From Octopus vulgaris (taxonomy: Eukaryota): 64,000 nt of DNA. A program made the translations under genes and the position numbers. Below, one piece after another: positions 12,424 through 25,824 of this stretch; position 1 is the stretch's first letter; every line of letters begins with the position of its first letter. Below the pieces are notes generated by a model. That model made no database searches. It saw nothing but the letters and a program-made list of their open reading frames with translations, and had not been told where the DNA came from. The DNA lies in assembly GCA_951406725.2 (NCBI GenBank), contig OX597821.1, forward strand, positions 49,538,001-49,602,000. Direction: 5' to 3'.

Positions 12424-15097
12424 AAAATTACGACAACTGGAGGTCTCTAAGGGACAACCTGCTGAGAGCCACTGACCAGATCTGTGGTTGGTGCAAAGTC
12501 CCCTAAAGACACAAAATAATGTGGTGGTGGAACAATATTGTTGACAGGGCTATTAGACAAAAGAAAAAGGCTTGAAAGGACTGGAAGAACGGTGATAGCA
12601 GGGAAGTGTATCAGACTGCTAGAAGGGAAGCTAGGAGGCAGGTGTATTTAGCCAGAGGGGAAGCAGATAAGAAAAAAATTGCCAATGTTCTGTGCCGTGA
12701 GGATGAAAGACTTGAGGTATTTCGTGTTGCAAGAAAGTGTGTGAGAGAGAATTGTGATGTGGTAGGAGAGAAATGTGTTCGCATGGATGATGGTTCACAT
12801 GCGATAATAGAGGCTGCAAAGAGAGAGGTTTGGAGACACCACTATGAAAGGTTGCTGAATAAAGAAAATGAATGGGAGAAAGAGAGTCTGCCGAATGTCG
12901 ACCCAACAGAGGGACCAGCTATCCGAGATGACAGTTCTATGGGAGTTAAGGCAATTCATAGCATGAAGAAAGGGAAAGCCCCAGGCCCATCAGGAATTAC
13001 TGCAGAGATGCTCTAAATATCTGGTAGTGTCGGCTATAGCCTAGTCACCCGTATAGTTAACCAGGTGATACACGAAGGAGTCATTCCCAATGACTGGTGT
13101 AGCAGCATAATAGTCAACTGCTACAAAGGTAAAGGTGATGCCCTAGATACAAATAACTACAGGAGCTGTTGGATCATGTAATGAAGGTTACGGAGAGGGT
13201 CATAGCCCAACTAATTAGAGAGAGAGATAGTTTAGATGAGATGCAGTTTGGGTTCGTGCCAGGGAAAAGTATTACTGATGCTATATTCCTGGTAAGACAG
13301 CTGCAGGAGAAATACCTAGCCAAAGATAAGCCCCTATACCTAGCTTTTGTTGACATGGAGAAAGCCTTCGACAGGGTCCCTCGATCCCTTATCTGGTGGT
13401 CAATGAGGAAACTAGGGATTGATAAATGGTTAGTGAGAGCTGTGCGAGCCATGTACAGGGACGCTGCCAGTAAGGTGAGGGTTGGCAACGAGTACAGTGA
13501 AGAATTCCGGGTAGAGGTTGGGGTCCACCAAGGTTCAGTCCTCAGCCCCCTCCTATTTATCATAGTCCTCCAGGCAATAACGGAGGAATTCAAGGCAGGA
13601 TGCCTCTGGGAGCTCCTCTATGCTGATGACCTTGCTCTAATTGCTGAGTCACTATCAGAACTGGAGGGGAAGTTTCAGGTGTGGAAGCAAGGATTAGAAT
13701 CGAAGGGCCTTAGAGTCAACTTAGCTAAAACCAAAGTCCTAATAAGTAGGAAGGTAGACAAATCACAAACGCCTTCAGGTAGATGGCCCTGCTCGATCTG
13801 TAGAAAAGGAGTAGGTAGAAACTCTATAAAATGCACCAAGTGTAAGTTATGGACACATAAGAGGTGCAGCAATGTCAAAGGAAGGCTAACTAGGAAAATA
13901 GTTTTTATATGTGGCAGATGCTCAGGAGCAATAAACACTGAAAATGTGCAAAGACCAACTTCCACCACATTCCAGGGAGAAAAACTAGAAATAGCTGATA
14001 GCTTCCGTTACCTAGGTGACCAAGTCAGTAGCGGGGTGGGTGTGCTGAAAGTGTAACTGCTAGAGTAAGAATAGCCTGGGCAAAGTTCAGAGAGCTCTTA
14101 CCTCTGCTGGTGACAAAAGGCCTCTCGCTCAGAGTAAAAGGCAGACTGTATGATGCATGTGTACGAACAGCCATGCTACATGGTAGTGAAACATGGGCTG
14201 TGACTGCTGAGGATATGCGTAAGCTCGCAAGAAATGAAACCAGTATGGATGTGTAATGTCAGTGTTCATAATCGACAGAGTGTAAGTACCTTGAGAGAAA
14301 AGTTGGACCTAAGAAGCATCAGTTGTAGTGTGCAAGAGAGACGTTTGCGCTGGTATGGTCATGTGACAAGAATGGCTGAAGATAGCTGTGTAAAAAAGTG
14401 CCACACCCTAGAGGTTGAGGGAACCTGTGGAAGAGGTAGACCCAGGAAAACCTGGGACGAGGTGGTGAAGCACGACCTCCGAACTTTAGGTCTCACCGAG
14501 GAAATGACTAGAGATCGAGACCTATGGAGGTATACTGTGCGTGAGAAGACCCGGCAGGACAAGTGAGACCATAACCCTTGGCCTCTACCTGGATGTAGCC
14601 AGTCCACTTATGCATACCTTTCCTTCTTGGGACACAAAACTCTACTTGTGAAGATCTGTTGAGGCAAGTGGAAATCAAAATCAAAATTAAAATCGATCAA
14701 CATCAATGGAAATTGTAGCTGTAATACCAGTGCCGGTGGCACGTAGGCGAACCATCCGAACGTGGCTGTTGCCAGCACCGCCCCGACGGGCCTCCACGCC
14801 GGTTGCACGTAAAAAGCACCATCCGATCGTAGCCATTGCCAGCCTCGCCTGGCCCCCGTGCCGGTGGCACGTAAAAAGCACCATTCGACCGTGGCCGTTT
14901 GCCAGCCCCGACTGGCACGTAAAAAGCACCCACTACACTCATGGAGTGGTTGGCGTTAGGAAGGGCATCCAGCCATAGAAACATTGCCAGATCAGACTGG
15001 GCCTGGTGCAGCCTTCTGGCTTCCCAGACCCCAGTTGAACCATCCAACCCATGCTAGCATGGAAAGCAGACACTAAATGATGATGATGATGATGATG
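12424..15097 (+). mobile_element. 5'-truncated RTE-clade LINE: RT with PHD-like insertion, repeat-rich 3' UTR and (GAT)n tail
   Basis: ORFs 12606-13016, 13169-14056 and 14234-14566 give GKAPGPSG, QFGFVPG, FVDMEKAFDRV, GVHQGSVLSPLLF, LYADD, FRYLG, RLRWYGHV and RGRPRKTW. Several stops and frameshifts. Confidence 0.95.
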
Positions 15098-15763
15098 AAC
15101 CAGTTCTCTGAGAAGGTTGTGCATGGGTACTTGGCATGAAAAAAAAAACATAACGAAAGCTTGGCACAAAGTACCAACTAAGGCAACTAACGGTTATTTG
15201 AAAATATAAGTGAAAAAGGTTTTGTGAGATGTTCCCTCTACAGAAAAGTAGATAAGTAATCCAAACTCCAAATAAGTCATTTATGAAAGGAAGTTTTATA
15301 GAAATATCCAATGGAAAAGCATAGTTATGTTTGAATTAGAATATGACCTGACAGTTATAAACAATATTAGATGTGCTATGTATCTAAAAAATTGTGCATG
15401 AGAATGAAATGACACTAGAGAATGTAGTAATAGGTGGCTGCTAGAATGCAAAGAAAACAAGAGCTACGTAAAATGGAGTTGTATTAGTGTAAGAACTAAT
15501 ATTCATCTGTATGTATTAAATATAAGGTAATAAAATGCAAAAATAGGAAATTAATTGTTAATATTACTAATTTAGATAGTAAATACTTGCTTTGGCTATA
15601 AATATTAAAAAGAACGTCAGAGGTTTAATTAGATGTAGTAAACTGAAAATAATAATGTAGGGGAGATAATAGGGCTAAGAATGAAGGGTAGAAAAAATTT
15701 TAAATTATAAGTATGTATATGTATATACACACGCACACACACACACACATACATACATATATA

Positions 15764-15797
<34 letters not shown>

Positions 15798-15837
15798 CAT
15801 ACATATAGATATATGTATATATATGAGATACATGTAT

Positions 15838-17850
15838 GAGAGAGAATCATGATGTTGTAAGAGAGAAATGTGTCTGCATGGATGATGGTTCTCTTGCACT
15901 AACTGAGGCTGCAAAGAGAGAGGTTTGAAGATGCCACTATGAAAGGTTGCTGAATAAAGAAAATGAATGGGAGAAAGAGAGTCTGCCGAATGTTGATCCA
16001 ACAGAGGGACAAGCTATCCGAGTTGACAGTACCTTGGTAGATAAAGCAATTAAGAGTATGAAGACAGGGAAAGCTCCCGGTCCATCAGGAATTACTGCAG
16101 AGATGCTCAAAATATTTGGCAGTGTCGGCTATAGCCTAGTCACCCGTATAGTTAACCAGGTAATACACGAAGGAGTCATACCCAATGACTGGTGTAGCAG
16201 CATAATAGTCAACTGCTACAAAGGTAAAGGTGACGTCCTGGATACAAATAACTACAGGGGTATCAAGCTGTTGGATCATGTAATGAAGGTCACGGAGAGG
16301 GTCATAGCCCAACTAATTAGGGATAGAGTCAGTTTAGATGAGATGTTGTTTGGGTTTGTGCCAGGGAGAAGCACCACTGATAATATATTTCTGGTAAGAC
16401 AGCTGCAGGAGAAATACCTAGCCAAACATAAACGTCTGTATCTGGCTTTCGTTGACATGGAGGAAGCCTTTAACAGGGTTCCCCAATCCCTTATCTGGTG
16501 GTCATTGAGGAAACTAGGGATATATGAATGCTTAGTGAGGGCTGTGCAAGCCATATACAGGAACGCTGTCAGTAAGGTTAGGGTTGGCAACGAGTACAAT
16601 GAAGAATGCTGGGTAGAGGTAGGGGTCCACCAAGGTTCCATCCTTAGCCCCCTCCTATTTATCATAGTCCTCCAGGCAATAACAGAGGAATTCAAGACAG
16701 GATTCCCCTGGGAGCGCCTCTTTGCTGACGACCTTGCTCTAATTGCTGAGTCACTATCAGAACTAGAGGAGGAGTTTCAAGTGTGGAAACAAGGATTAGA
16801 ATTGAAAGGCCTTAGAGTCAACCTAGCTAAAACCAAAGTCCTAATAAGTAGGAAGGCCCTTCAGTTAGATGGCCCTACTCGATCTGTAGAAAAGGCATAG
16901 GTTCTACTCTTTTACTCTGTGTGAGAGGCCCTTTGTCACCAGCAGAGGTAAGAGTTTCTACCTACACCTTTTCTACAGATCGAGCAGGGCCATCTACACT
17001 GAAAATGTGCAGAGAACAACTTCCACCACATTCCAGGTAGAAAAACTAGAAGTAGTTGATAGCTTCCGTTATCTAGGTGACCAAGTCAGTAGTGAGGGAG
17101 GGTGCGCTGAAAGTGTAGCTACTAGAATAAGAATAGCCTAGGCTAAGTACAGAGAGCTCTTACCTCTGCTGGTGACAAAGGGCCTCTCACACAGAGTAAA
17201 AGGTAGACTATGATGCATGTGTACGAACAGCCATGCTACATGGCAGTGAAACATGGGCCATGACTACTGAGGACATGTGTAAGCTCAGAAGGAATGAAGC
17301 CAGTATGCTCCGATGGATGTGTAATGTTAGTGTGCATACTCAACAGAGTGTAAGTACCTTGAGAGAAAAGTTGGACCTAAGAAGCATCAGATGTGGTGTG
17401 CAAGAGAGATGACTGCACTGGTATGGCCATGTGACGAGAATGGATGTGGGTAGCTGTGTGGAAAAGTGCCACACACTAGCAGTTGTGGGAACCTGTGGAA
17501 GTGGTAAACCTAGGAAGACCTGGGATGAGGTGGTGAAGCATGACCTTCGAAAATTGGGCCTCACTGAGGCAATGACTAGTGACCGGGATTTGGAAATATG
17601 CTGTGCTTGAGAAGACTCGGCAAGCACAAGTGAGACCATAAGTTTAACCAGCCCACTTATGCGTACCTTTCCTTCGTTGGACACTAAACTCTGCTTGCGA
17701 AGACCTGTTGAGGCAATCGAAATCAAAATCGAAACCAAATTCGATGACTGGCATCTGTGCTAGTGGAGCACTAAGAGTACCATACGTGTGATTGTTGCCA
17801 GAGCAACAAACTGGCTTCCATGCTGGTGGCACGTAAAAAACACCATTCGA
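15838..17850 (+). mobile_element. Second RTE LINE copy with an internal deletion filled by inverted local sequence
   Basis: ORF 15947-16900 is closely similar to copy 1 (LFADD). The 3' UTR is truncated after GGTGGCACGTAAAAAACACCATTCGA. Confidence 0.95.
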
Positions 17851-18211
17851 GAAAGGCCAAGAAATTGTTTTGACTAATATATATATTTTTCCTATTTACA
17901 TAATGACACTTTCCTCATATGTAAAGTAACTTCAGGGTCATAGTTTAGAAAAATATAAAATTCTGTGTGAAAGCACGGCTGGATTGTAAAAATTTATTCA
18001 AATGTCTATATATTATGAGTCTGCGTGTTAACTATTCAATCGTACATCAATTACAATTGAAAAACAACAAAAACACTTTAACAGATGATACACTCAAATA
18101 AATGCAATCCCCAACCATCGAAATTCACTTACATCTCAAACACATACCAATTGAAGCCCTTTCATGTCCAAGTCACTTTTTACCACAACATACAACAATA
18201 AGATATGTGTG

Positions 18212-19005
18212 TACCCTCCCCTGCTACTGACTAGGTCAACTAGGTAATGGAAGCTATCAACTACTTCTAGTTTTTCTCCCTGGAATGTGGCAGAAGTTGT
18301 TCTCTGCCCATTTTCAGTGTTATTTATTGCTCCTGAGCATCTGCCACGTACAAAATCTATCCTCCCAGTTAGCCTTCCTTTGATGTTGCTGCACCTTTTA
18401 TGTATCCATAGCTTACACTGGGTACATCTTATAGTGTTTCTACCTATGCCTTTTCTACGGATCAAGCAGGGCCATCAACCTGAAGAGATTTACGGTTTAC
18501 CTGCCTTCCTACTTATTAGGACTTTGGTTTTAGCTAGGTTGACTCTAAGGCCCTTCGATTCTAATCCTTGTTTCCACACTCGAATCTTCTCCTCTAGTTC
18601 TGATAGCAACTCGGCAATTAGAGCAAGGTCATCAGCATAGAGGAGCTCCCAGGGGCATCCTGTCTTGAATTCCTCTGTTATTGCCTGGAGGACTATGATA
18701 AATAGGAAGGGGCTGAGGACGGAACCTTGGTGGACCCCTACCTCTACCCAGAATTCTTCATTGTACTCGTTGCCAACCCTCACCTTACTGACAGCGTTCC
18801 TGTACATGGCTTGCACAACTCACCCTAACCATTCATCTATCCCTAGTTTCCTCACTGACCACTAGATAAGGGATCGGGGGACCCTGTCAAAGGGTTTCTC
18901 CATGTCAACGAAAGTCAGGTACAGGGGCTTATCTTTGGCTACGTATTTCTCCTGCAGCTGTCTTACCAGAAATATATTATCAGTGGTGCTTTTCCCTGGC
19001 ACGAT
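18212..19005 (-). mobile_element. Third RTE LINE fragment (RT core plus PHD-like finger), inverted relative to copies 1 and 2
   Basis: Minus ORFs 18490-18816 (GVHQGSVLSP, LYADD) and 18136-18465 (CTQCKLWIHKRC). Confidence 0.92.
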
Positions 19006-19009
19006 CTCA

Positions 19010-19044
<35 letters not shown>

Positions 19045-19046
<2 letters not shown>

Positions 19047-19720
19047 GACATATATTGCTCTCTGCCCTTCAACCCCATACCTAGCTACCAACAGACTGTC
19101 CATGAGCTCATCTTCTCCTCCTGTCTTCCTCTCACTGCCTCCAACCCCATTGTCCACACTCTTCACACCCCCACCATTTACTTGCTTCCAAAAATCCACA
19201 AGCCCAACAACCCTGGCCACCCCATCACCTCCGCCTGTAACCGCCCCACGGAACTCATCTCAAAATACCTCAACCATGTCTTTGCCCCCCTTAATGGATT
19301 CCCTCCCCTCACACATCCAGGACACTAACCATGCTCTTCAACTTTTCAGCTCTTTCTCCTTCCCTCCTGGGTCCTCTAAACTTCTCTTCATTCTTGATAT
19401 CAAAAGTCTATATATAGACTTTTGATATCAAGATCCCACACAATGAAGGACTTCTTGCCCTCAAACACTTCCTAGACCTTCGACCCAACTGCCAACCTGA
19501 CACGTCCACACTCCTTCAACTGCTTCTTGTTCACAGGGGAGTTTTATGAACAGGGCCCCAACTATGTGAACCTGTTTGCTGACTATACTGTGGCCCAAAT
19601 ATTTTCAAGATTCACTGATCCTACTCCTGAACTATACGGTCGCTATATTGATGACTGTATTGGTGTGACCTCACTCTCCTGTAAACAACTAGACTCCTTC
19701 CTCTCTTTTGTCCAATCCTA
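19045..19720 (+). mobile_element. Penelope-like RT fragment
   Basis: LPSHIQDTNHALQ..LLFILDIKSLY..GEFYEQ..GPNYVNLF..YGRYIDDCIG, typical Penelope RT motifs. Confidence 0.8.
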
Positions 19721-20099
19721 GAAAGGGACCTAACTAGTACAACTGTAACTATGAATGAAATTCAGGAAAACTGAGTACCCTGCATTAATATAGATGTATC
19801 ATTAATATGGATGTAAAACTTCAACGGAAAAAAAGTGTTCATGGAAAAGTGTATATAATTCACTTGTCAATGATACAGTTTAGAAATATTACAAGTGGTT
19901 AGCAAATGAGAATACATGAAAAACATAGGTTCAACTCCAGGTAGATCCAACAGAAGGACTAGCTGCAGAAGTTGACAACTATGCAGTCAAATTTTGATTA
20001 AAGATATTAAGGTAAGGAAAATAACTGAATTGTCAGGGATATTACTGAGATGTTGAAAATATGAGGTGAAACAGGATAAGGACTAATAGTCACTTTCAT

Positions 20100-20370
20100 A
20101 TTCAATCTCATTTGTCAGGAAGGTTGTTTAGCTAAAATATTGGAGATTCAAGATTGTTGTTTTTGCTATGGAATAAGGAAGGACACCTGGTCCAAACATT
20201 ACATTATTGTCAAAGGGTGGCTGCTCTGTATCAATGGAATTTGTCTGCTTTGTATTTGAGTTAGTAGGGTCTGGATTCTCAGGTATTTGGAAATTGTCCA
20301 AAAGGATTTTTTTCCAGTAATGATAGCCTGATAATATCTCAGTTATACAGTTTCAGTGATATCACTGGAT
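20100..20370 (-). mobile_element. Degenerate LINE fragment, probably APE endonuclease region; 20190-20370 is duplicated at 24165-24343
   Basis: KILLDNFQIPEN..PTNSN motif is also conserved at protein level in a diverged + strand copy at ~25290-25360. Confidence 0.45.
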
Positions 20371-20769
20371 TTTTTAAATAAGTCTGACAACTCTTTGCTT
20401 TCATCAACACTTTATTTATGTAGATTGAAGCAAAGAGTTGTCAGACATATTTATGACAAAAAGGATCTTCAGTATATCTGAAATGTGTACCTGAAATGAA
20501 TAATGTATGGCTAATTGAATGTAATGTAATAAATGATAATATATGTGTGTTTTGTTGTAATACTCTATGCCTTCCCCAAGTCTTTGGAGGGAAGCAAAGA
20601 AGACTGATAATATGTAATAAATGGTTAAAGAAAATGGAATAATTAGTGTGAGAGACAGTTAATATTGATGGTGTGAGGATCAAGGGGCAATGTGTCAGTT
20701 GTGCATCAGACTTTTGTGTCAGTCTTTGCCAGTCTGGCGGAGCAACAAATAGGGTGATTGCTGGATGGG

Positions 20770-21420
20770 GGACCAGCTGCATCAGGGTATGACACAAATA
20801 TCTTTCGGAACAGAGACATCCTTCTTCTGGCTGGGCATTATTGAAATGTGGGAACACTGCTCAACCTGCAATTGAATGGCACCCTCACAGTCAAGCACTT
20901 GGTTTGTATGGACAGACCAGCTGAATAGACTCTTTGAGGAATTCAAATCAATCATCATCAATGAGACCAAAGAAGTGTGGAAATCTTTGGCAAAACCAGA
21001 CCTACTTGCCTTGCCACTGACTGGAACAAAGACAGCATTGGCTTCTGAGGGTTCCAAAAATGCCTTTTTCCCACCCCACCCTTTTTGTTGCAAATCTGGC
21101 TGGAACATCACCATGGTTGAGAGTTGCTTCACTTTGGCAGCAGAATCTCGTTATGCACCAGTGGAGAGCGAAGCACTGGTAGTTACCAATGCATTGGACA
21201 AAGCATGCCACTTCACCCTTGGTTGCACCAATCTCATTGTCGCAGTTGACCACAAACATCTTTTGAAAGTATTTAGTAATTGCTGCCCGGACAGCATCCA
21301 GGACTCGCAATTGCACAACCTGAAAGAAAAAAACCCTATGGTATAACTTCAGCATCGTTCATGTATCAAGCGGTTGCCATGCAGCAGCTGACACTGTCTC
21401 ACACCACACTGTCGGACAGC
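20770..21420 (+). mobile_element. Gypsy pol fragments (integrase zinc-binding piece joined to RNase H)
   Basis: AAHQG..FFWLGI..HCSTCN-MAPSQ followed by TCLATDWNK..ESRYAPVESEALVV..LIVAVDHKHLLKVF. Confidence 0.8.
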
Positions 21421-21508
21421 CTACACCAACACTTTATTGCTTTCACTAACATTTTATCTACGTAAATTGAAGCAAAGAGTTGTCAGGCTTCTTTGTGGCA
21501 AAAATAAG

Positions 21509-24163
21509 TATGCTCCAGTCAGTGGTAAGGCAAGTTGGCTTGGTTTTGTTAAAGATCTCCACACCTCTTTAGATCTCGTTGATGATGATTGATTTGGATT
21601 CCTCAAAGAGTCTGTTCAGCTGGTCTGGCCATACAAACCAAGTACCTGGCTTCAGGAGTTCCCAGAGTGGCAACATTCGTTCAGCAGAAGCAAATGCATA
21701 GGGGACTTGGTTGATCAGACCGAACCAGCTGCAGATGTCGGTGATATTCGTAGGGGTGAGAAAGTTACAGATTGCCTTGAGATATCCAGCACAAGGTCAC
21801 ACTGTGGTAGGGGGTGATCCCAAACCCAGCAAATTCGACAGTATTTTGGGTAAAATTGAACTTGGTGAGATTCAGAATGATGCTGCTGAAACTGCAGATG
21901 TCAAGCCATTGAACTGTCTCAAAGAATGCTTCCTCAATGGTGTTCAACCACATCTAAGTGCTGTTGATGCACTTCATTTTCTTGGGTGGTGCTTGAGACA
22001 ATTTTGTCAAACTATCAGCTGTAGCGATCCCCTGAAGTGAAATATTCCTGTGGTGCAACGCAATAGCGGAAGCAGTCCCAGGGCGTGATGAAGCTGGTTA
22101 GGTGGCAGTCCTTCTCATCAAAGGCAATTCTGCAGTAGCCGCTCCATCGAAGACAGTTTTTCAGGTGTGAGCCCGTACGGAGTAGGCTTGGTGGAACAAG
22201 GATTGGGTGTGATGCATCTCGTGGACTGTATGTCAGTTGAGGGGTTGAAGCTCAACAGTCCATCAAGGTTTTCTAGACTTTGTCCAGGTGACAGGTGTAC
22301 CAATGGAGACAAGCTCAATAATTCCAAGTTGAATGACACAGTCAAGACCTACTTTCACTGATGGGTGACTAGTTTAGCATTGGGGTCCACTATTAAGCGG
22401 ATTGATAGACCAGACATCTTGGAGGAGTTGCTGATGTTCACAGACATTGAATGCACTGAGCTGTAGTATTCTAACAGCCACTTCTCCAGGCAACCACAGT
22501 TCTCCTCAGTGGCTGGGAAGTGTAGTGAAGTGGGAGGAGGGGATGGTATTTGTTGCAGGGAGCAGTCGCATACATTCTGAGTTGTCACTGCAAGAGATGT
22601 TTCCAGCAGTATGCCAACATTCCCACAGCTTTCTCCAATCATGGGGAAGAATCATCTTGAGGGTGACACAAGCTTGCTTGGAGCGGAAAAGTTTGTCAGT
22701 TGAAGGATTTATGTAGATGATTTGACAGGTCATGCACTTCGCAGAGGATGGAGCAGTCCCAGATATGCGTAAGGTCAGAGCACTGATGATATCTATGGTG
22801 CTGCTCTTAGCAGTAGTCATTTTCATGTTGACCAGTATAAGGTGGTGCTGGTCCAGGCCCAGTTTGGATAAGAGACTTGTCCCTGCCAGGCATGACTGAC
22901 ATCCAGTGTCTGCCATAGCATTGTGATGGATAGCTGCAGTCAGTTGTGAAAGAGAAGTGGGGAAACCCAATGCCTTCGCATCAGCTGGGTTGGCTTGAAT
23001 GAATGTAGTGACGAAGAGATGGGGGTCAGAAAAGCATTTCACCCAGGCATTGCAGCGTTCATTATACACATGGTGGTCAAGAATTATTGCTTGGGAAGTG
23101 GATTTGTCAGGGAGGTAAACCACAAAGCATACGCTGTTGAATATTGCAGATGTGTGGTCTTCTGTGTCAGCTGTGTTGGTTTGAGCCTGCCGCTGGGGAT
23201 GGTGTTGTTGGCTGCAGGCACTCTCATGGTGATGCAGGATGTCATACATAGTGTACTTGTGGTTGTAGGTCGCGCATTTCCTCATGCGTTCCTGTACATG
23301 ACGTCTATAGCCATGTTTTCCACAGTGACTGCAGGGGGTAGAGGCAGATGTATCACAGGGGTCACTGGATTTATTGACCAGGTGGTACCACTCCTGGAGC
23401 CTATATGAGCTGAAGGCTGCAATGGTTGAGATGGAGCTGGGGACCATGAGCCGGCTGGTTGAGCATTTTTCACTTATTTTTGCTTCAACATACCTCAGGG
23501 CTTCTTCCAGGGTAATGTCTGCTTGGAGTCACTCAGGATTTCAAGATGGATCTCCTTGTCCTCCAATTTACATACAAGAAGAGCACTGAGAACTATGACA
23601 TCGCTGTAATCAATCATGGGATGGTAGGCATCTGAGAGGCATTCCACCTTGAAGTTGCAGACACCTGCCTGCCCTTGAAGACACAACAGATGCACCAGTC
23701 CTGGTGCCTCTTTTGTGGCTGCACATGAGCAACCATAACATTTTCTTTGTGGACAGCCAGGAACTTAATGTAACTGAGGACTGTTCATTCATTGCTGGAG
23801 GCCAGCACACCGAACGTCCATGTGAGATGTTTTCAAAGGGTCTCATCATAATATTCAAGAAGCTGCAAGACATCGTTACCCATAAGACAAGTGGCTTGTT
23901 TATAGTCTAACCATCTCTTCTCAAAGTAAGCTGACTCCTCGCTAGTTCTAGCTACAGAGATGACAGAGCAGTGGACCTTCTCAGGTGAGACTTTCACAGG
24001 GGTGGCTAGTTGCACAGCCGTCCGAGGGGCAGTGGCAATATGAAGATCGATGAGGCAGGCCAGTACCTCCACTAGGGTGTTTGCAGGCCAACTCGTGGCA
24101 CAGTCGGGTGCAAGACAGGGTATGTTGGCCATGTTGACCCACTTTTTGTCATAAATAAGTCTG
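21509..24163 (-). mobile_element. Decayed Ty3/Gypsy (Mag-like) LTR retrotransposon: gag, zinc knuckle, protease, RT, start of RNase H
   Basis: gag start MANIPC..(24132), CSHCGKHG knuckle, protease AMADTGCQSCLAG, RT ..WLNT..TKFNFTQNTVEFAGFGIT, then ..VWPDQLNRLFEESK. Probable LTR-end remnant cagacttatttatgaca (24163-24147) just upstream of gag. Confidence 0.85.
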
Positions 24164-24164
24164 C

Positions 24165-24480
24165 TCCAGACATTACATTATTGCCAAAGAGTGGCTGCTC
24201 TGTATCGATGGAATTTGTTTGCCTCATATTTGAGTTAGTAGGTTCTCGATTCTCAGGTATTTGGAAATTGTCTAAAAGGATTTTTTTCCAGTGATGATAA
24301 CCTGATAATATCTCAGCTATCCTATACAGTGATATCACTGGATGTCTTAATATCAGGATCTTTCAGTTTTAGGCATAGCTTATAGACCCATTGAAGTATG
24401 GTGTATATTCCATCCTTTAGGATTGTTTCATTAACCTATAGAAAGCACAACACACCGCATAGTTCCATACTGGTTAGTGA
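24165..24480 (-). mobile_element. Degenerate LINE endonuclease-like fragment (partner of 20100-20370)
   Basis: Direct repeat of 20190-20370 with scattered substitutions. Confidence 0.45.
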
Positions 24481-25824
24481 TGATGACTTAGTAATCTCAA
24501 ACACTATGAATTTTTACACCATAGATAAATTTAGAAAGGAATAGGATTAATCAAGTAGTTTCATTTAAACATTATTAGCACTAACTTAATGATACTTGGG
24601 CAGAATGCTAGATTTATTCACAGGGGCAAATACTACCCCTGCAGAAAACAATATGGGTACAGAATGTGTGTGTGTGCACACACAAAAATTCTAACCAACT
24701 GAGCCATACTTAAAATTCCTGAAGCTCTAATCAGTTGAGTCTCTAAGCCATTGCTAAGGACATTTTTAACAGAATCCCACTCTGCTACAATGGTCTGTGT
24801 GCATGAAGTGATTATAGTAAAAGGCCATATCCAAAGAGCATCACTTTTAAATCCCAGAAAAATTAGAAAGATGGTAACCTGGTTTAAATTAATTTTCAAC
24901 ATGTGTAGACATACACAGAACTAGAAACTTTCTATCTCTAATAGAACATTTCATACTGATATACAAATTTAAATAATCTCATTAATACCTACAATGTTAA
25001 GGGCAGTTAGACAGGATTGAATGGAAATTACTATGATCACTTTCAAAAGTTGTTATTACCATCATCTACATTTATTCAGACCAAGGACCAAGAAAAACTA
25101 TACATTAATGTCCCAGTTAGTCTGGAAAGTCAGGTACTTTGGACTTGTGTGTACTCTATGTCAATGTTTATTAGTGAAGTATCGTCAACAAATCTAAACC
25201 ATTCTTCAAATAATTTCAAAACAGCAGAAAAAGTTGTAGATATTAAAACAGTCAGTGGTATTTAATAGTGATTCAAACTATTATCATGTTATCACATGAA
25301 AATTCCTTTTGGACATCTTCCAAATTCCTGATAATCTAAGATCCACAAACTCAAATCCAAGTTGCTGTACTTTCTCAGTCAAACCAGCCTATAAAGTAAG
25401 GATGCTGTTGTTACTGGTATATGGCATGGAAACATGAACACTTTAGATTTCACTGTACCTTCCAGTCATTAGCACTACACACAAGTCTAGATCTCAGCTT
25501 CTCTTTGTTTACATTCCTACATTGTCATTTCTCACTTTCTTTGTGGAAAACACCAAATTGGCTTTGATTCCCATTGTATTGATGCTGTTGTATGGTTGTT
25601 TTAGGGCCTCAGTAACAATACTCAACACTTTATTATGCCACCATATGTTTGTGCATTTGTCATACACACACCCTTAAGTTCATTTACAGGGAAACGTTTT
25701 GAATATGCATACAAAAGCTTCTATTTTATTATGCCGGTTACAGCCTAATAATGCCAACGGGCAATATCAGGTTCTGGGGTCGTACTGAGCTGTGTCAATA
25801 TGCATATATAGACACACACATATT

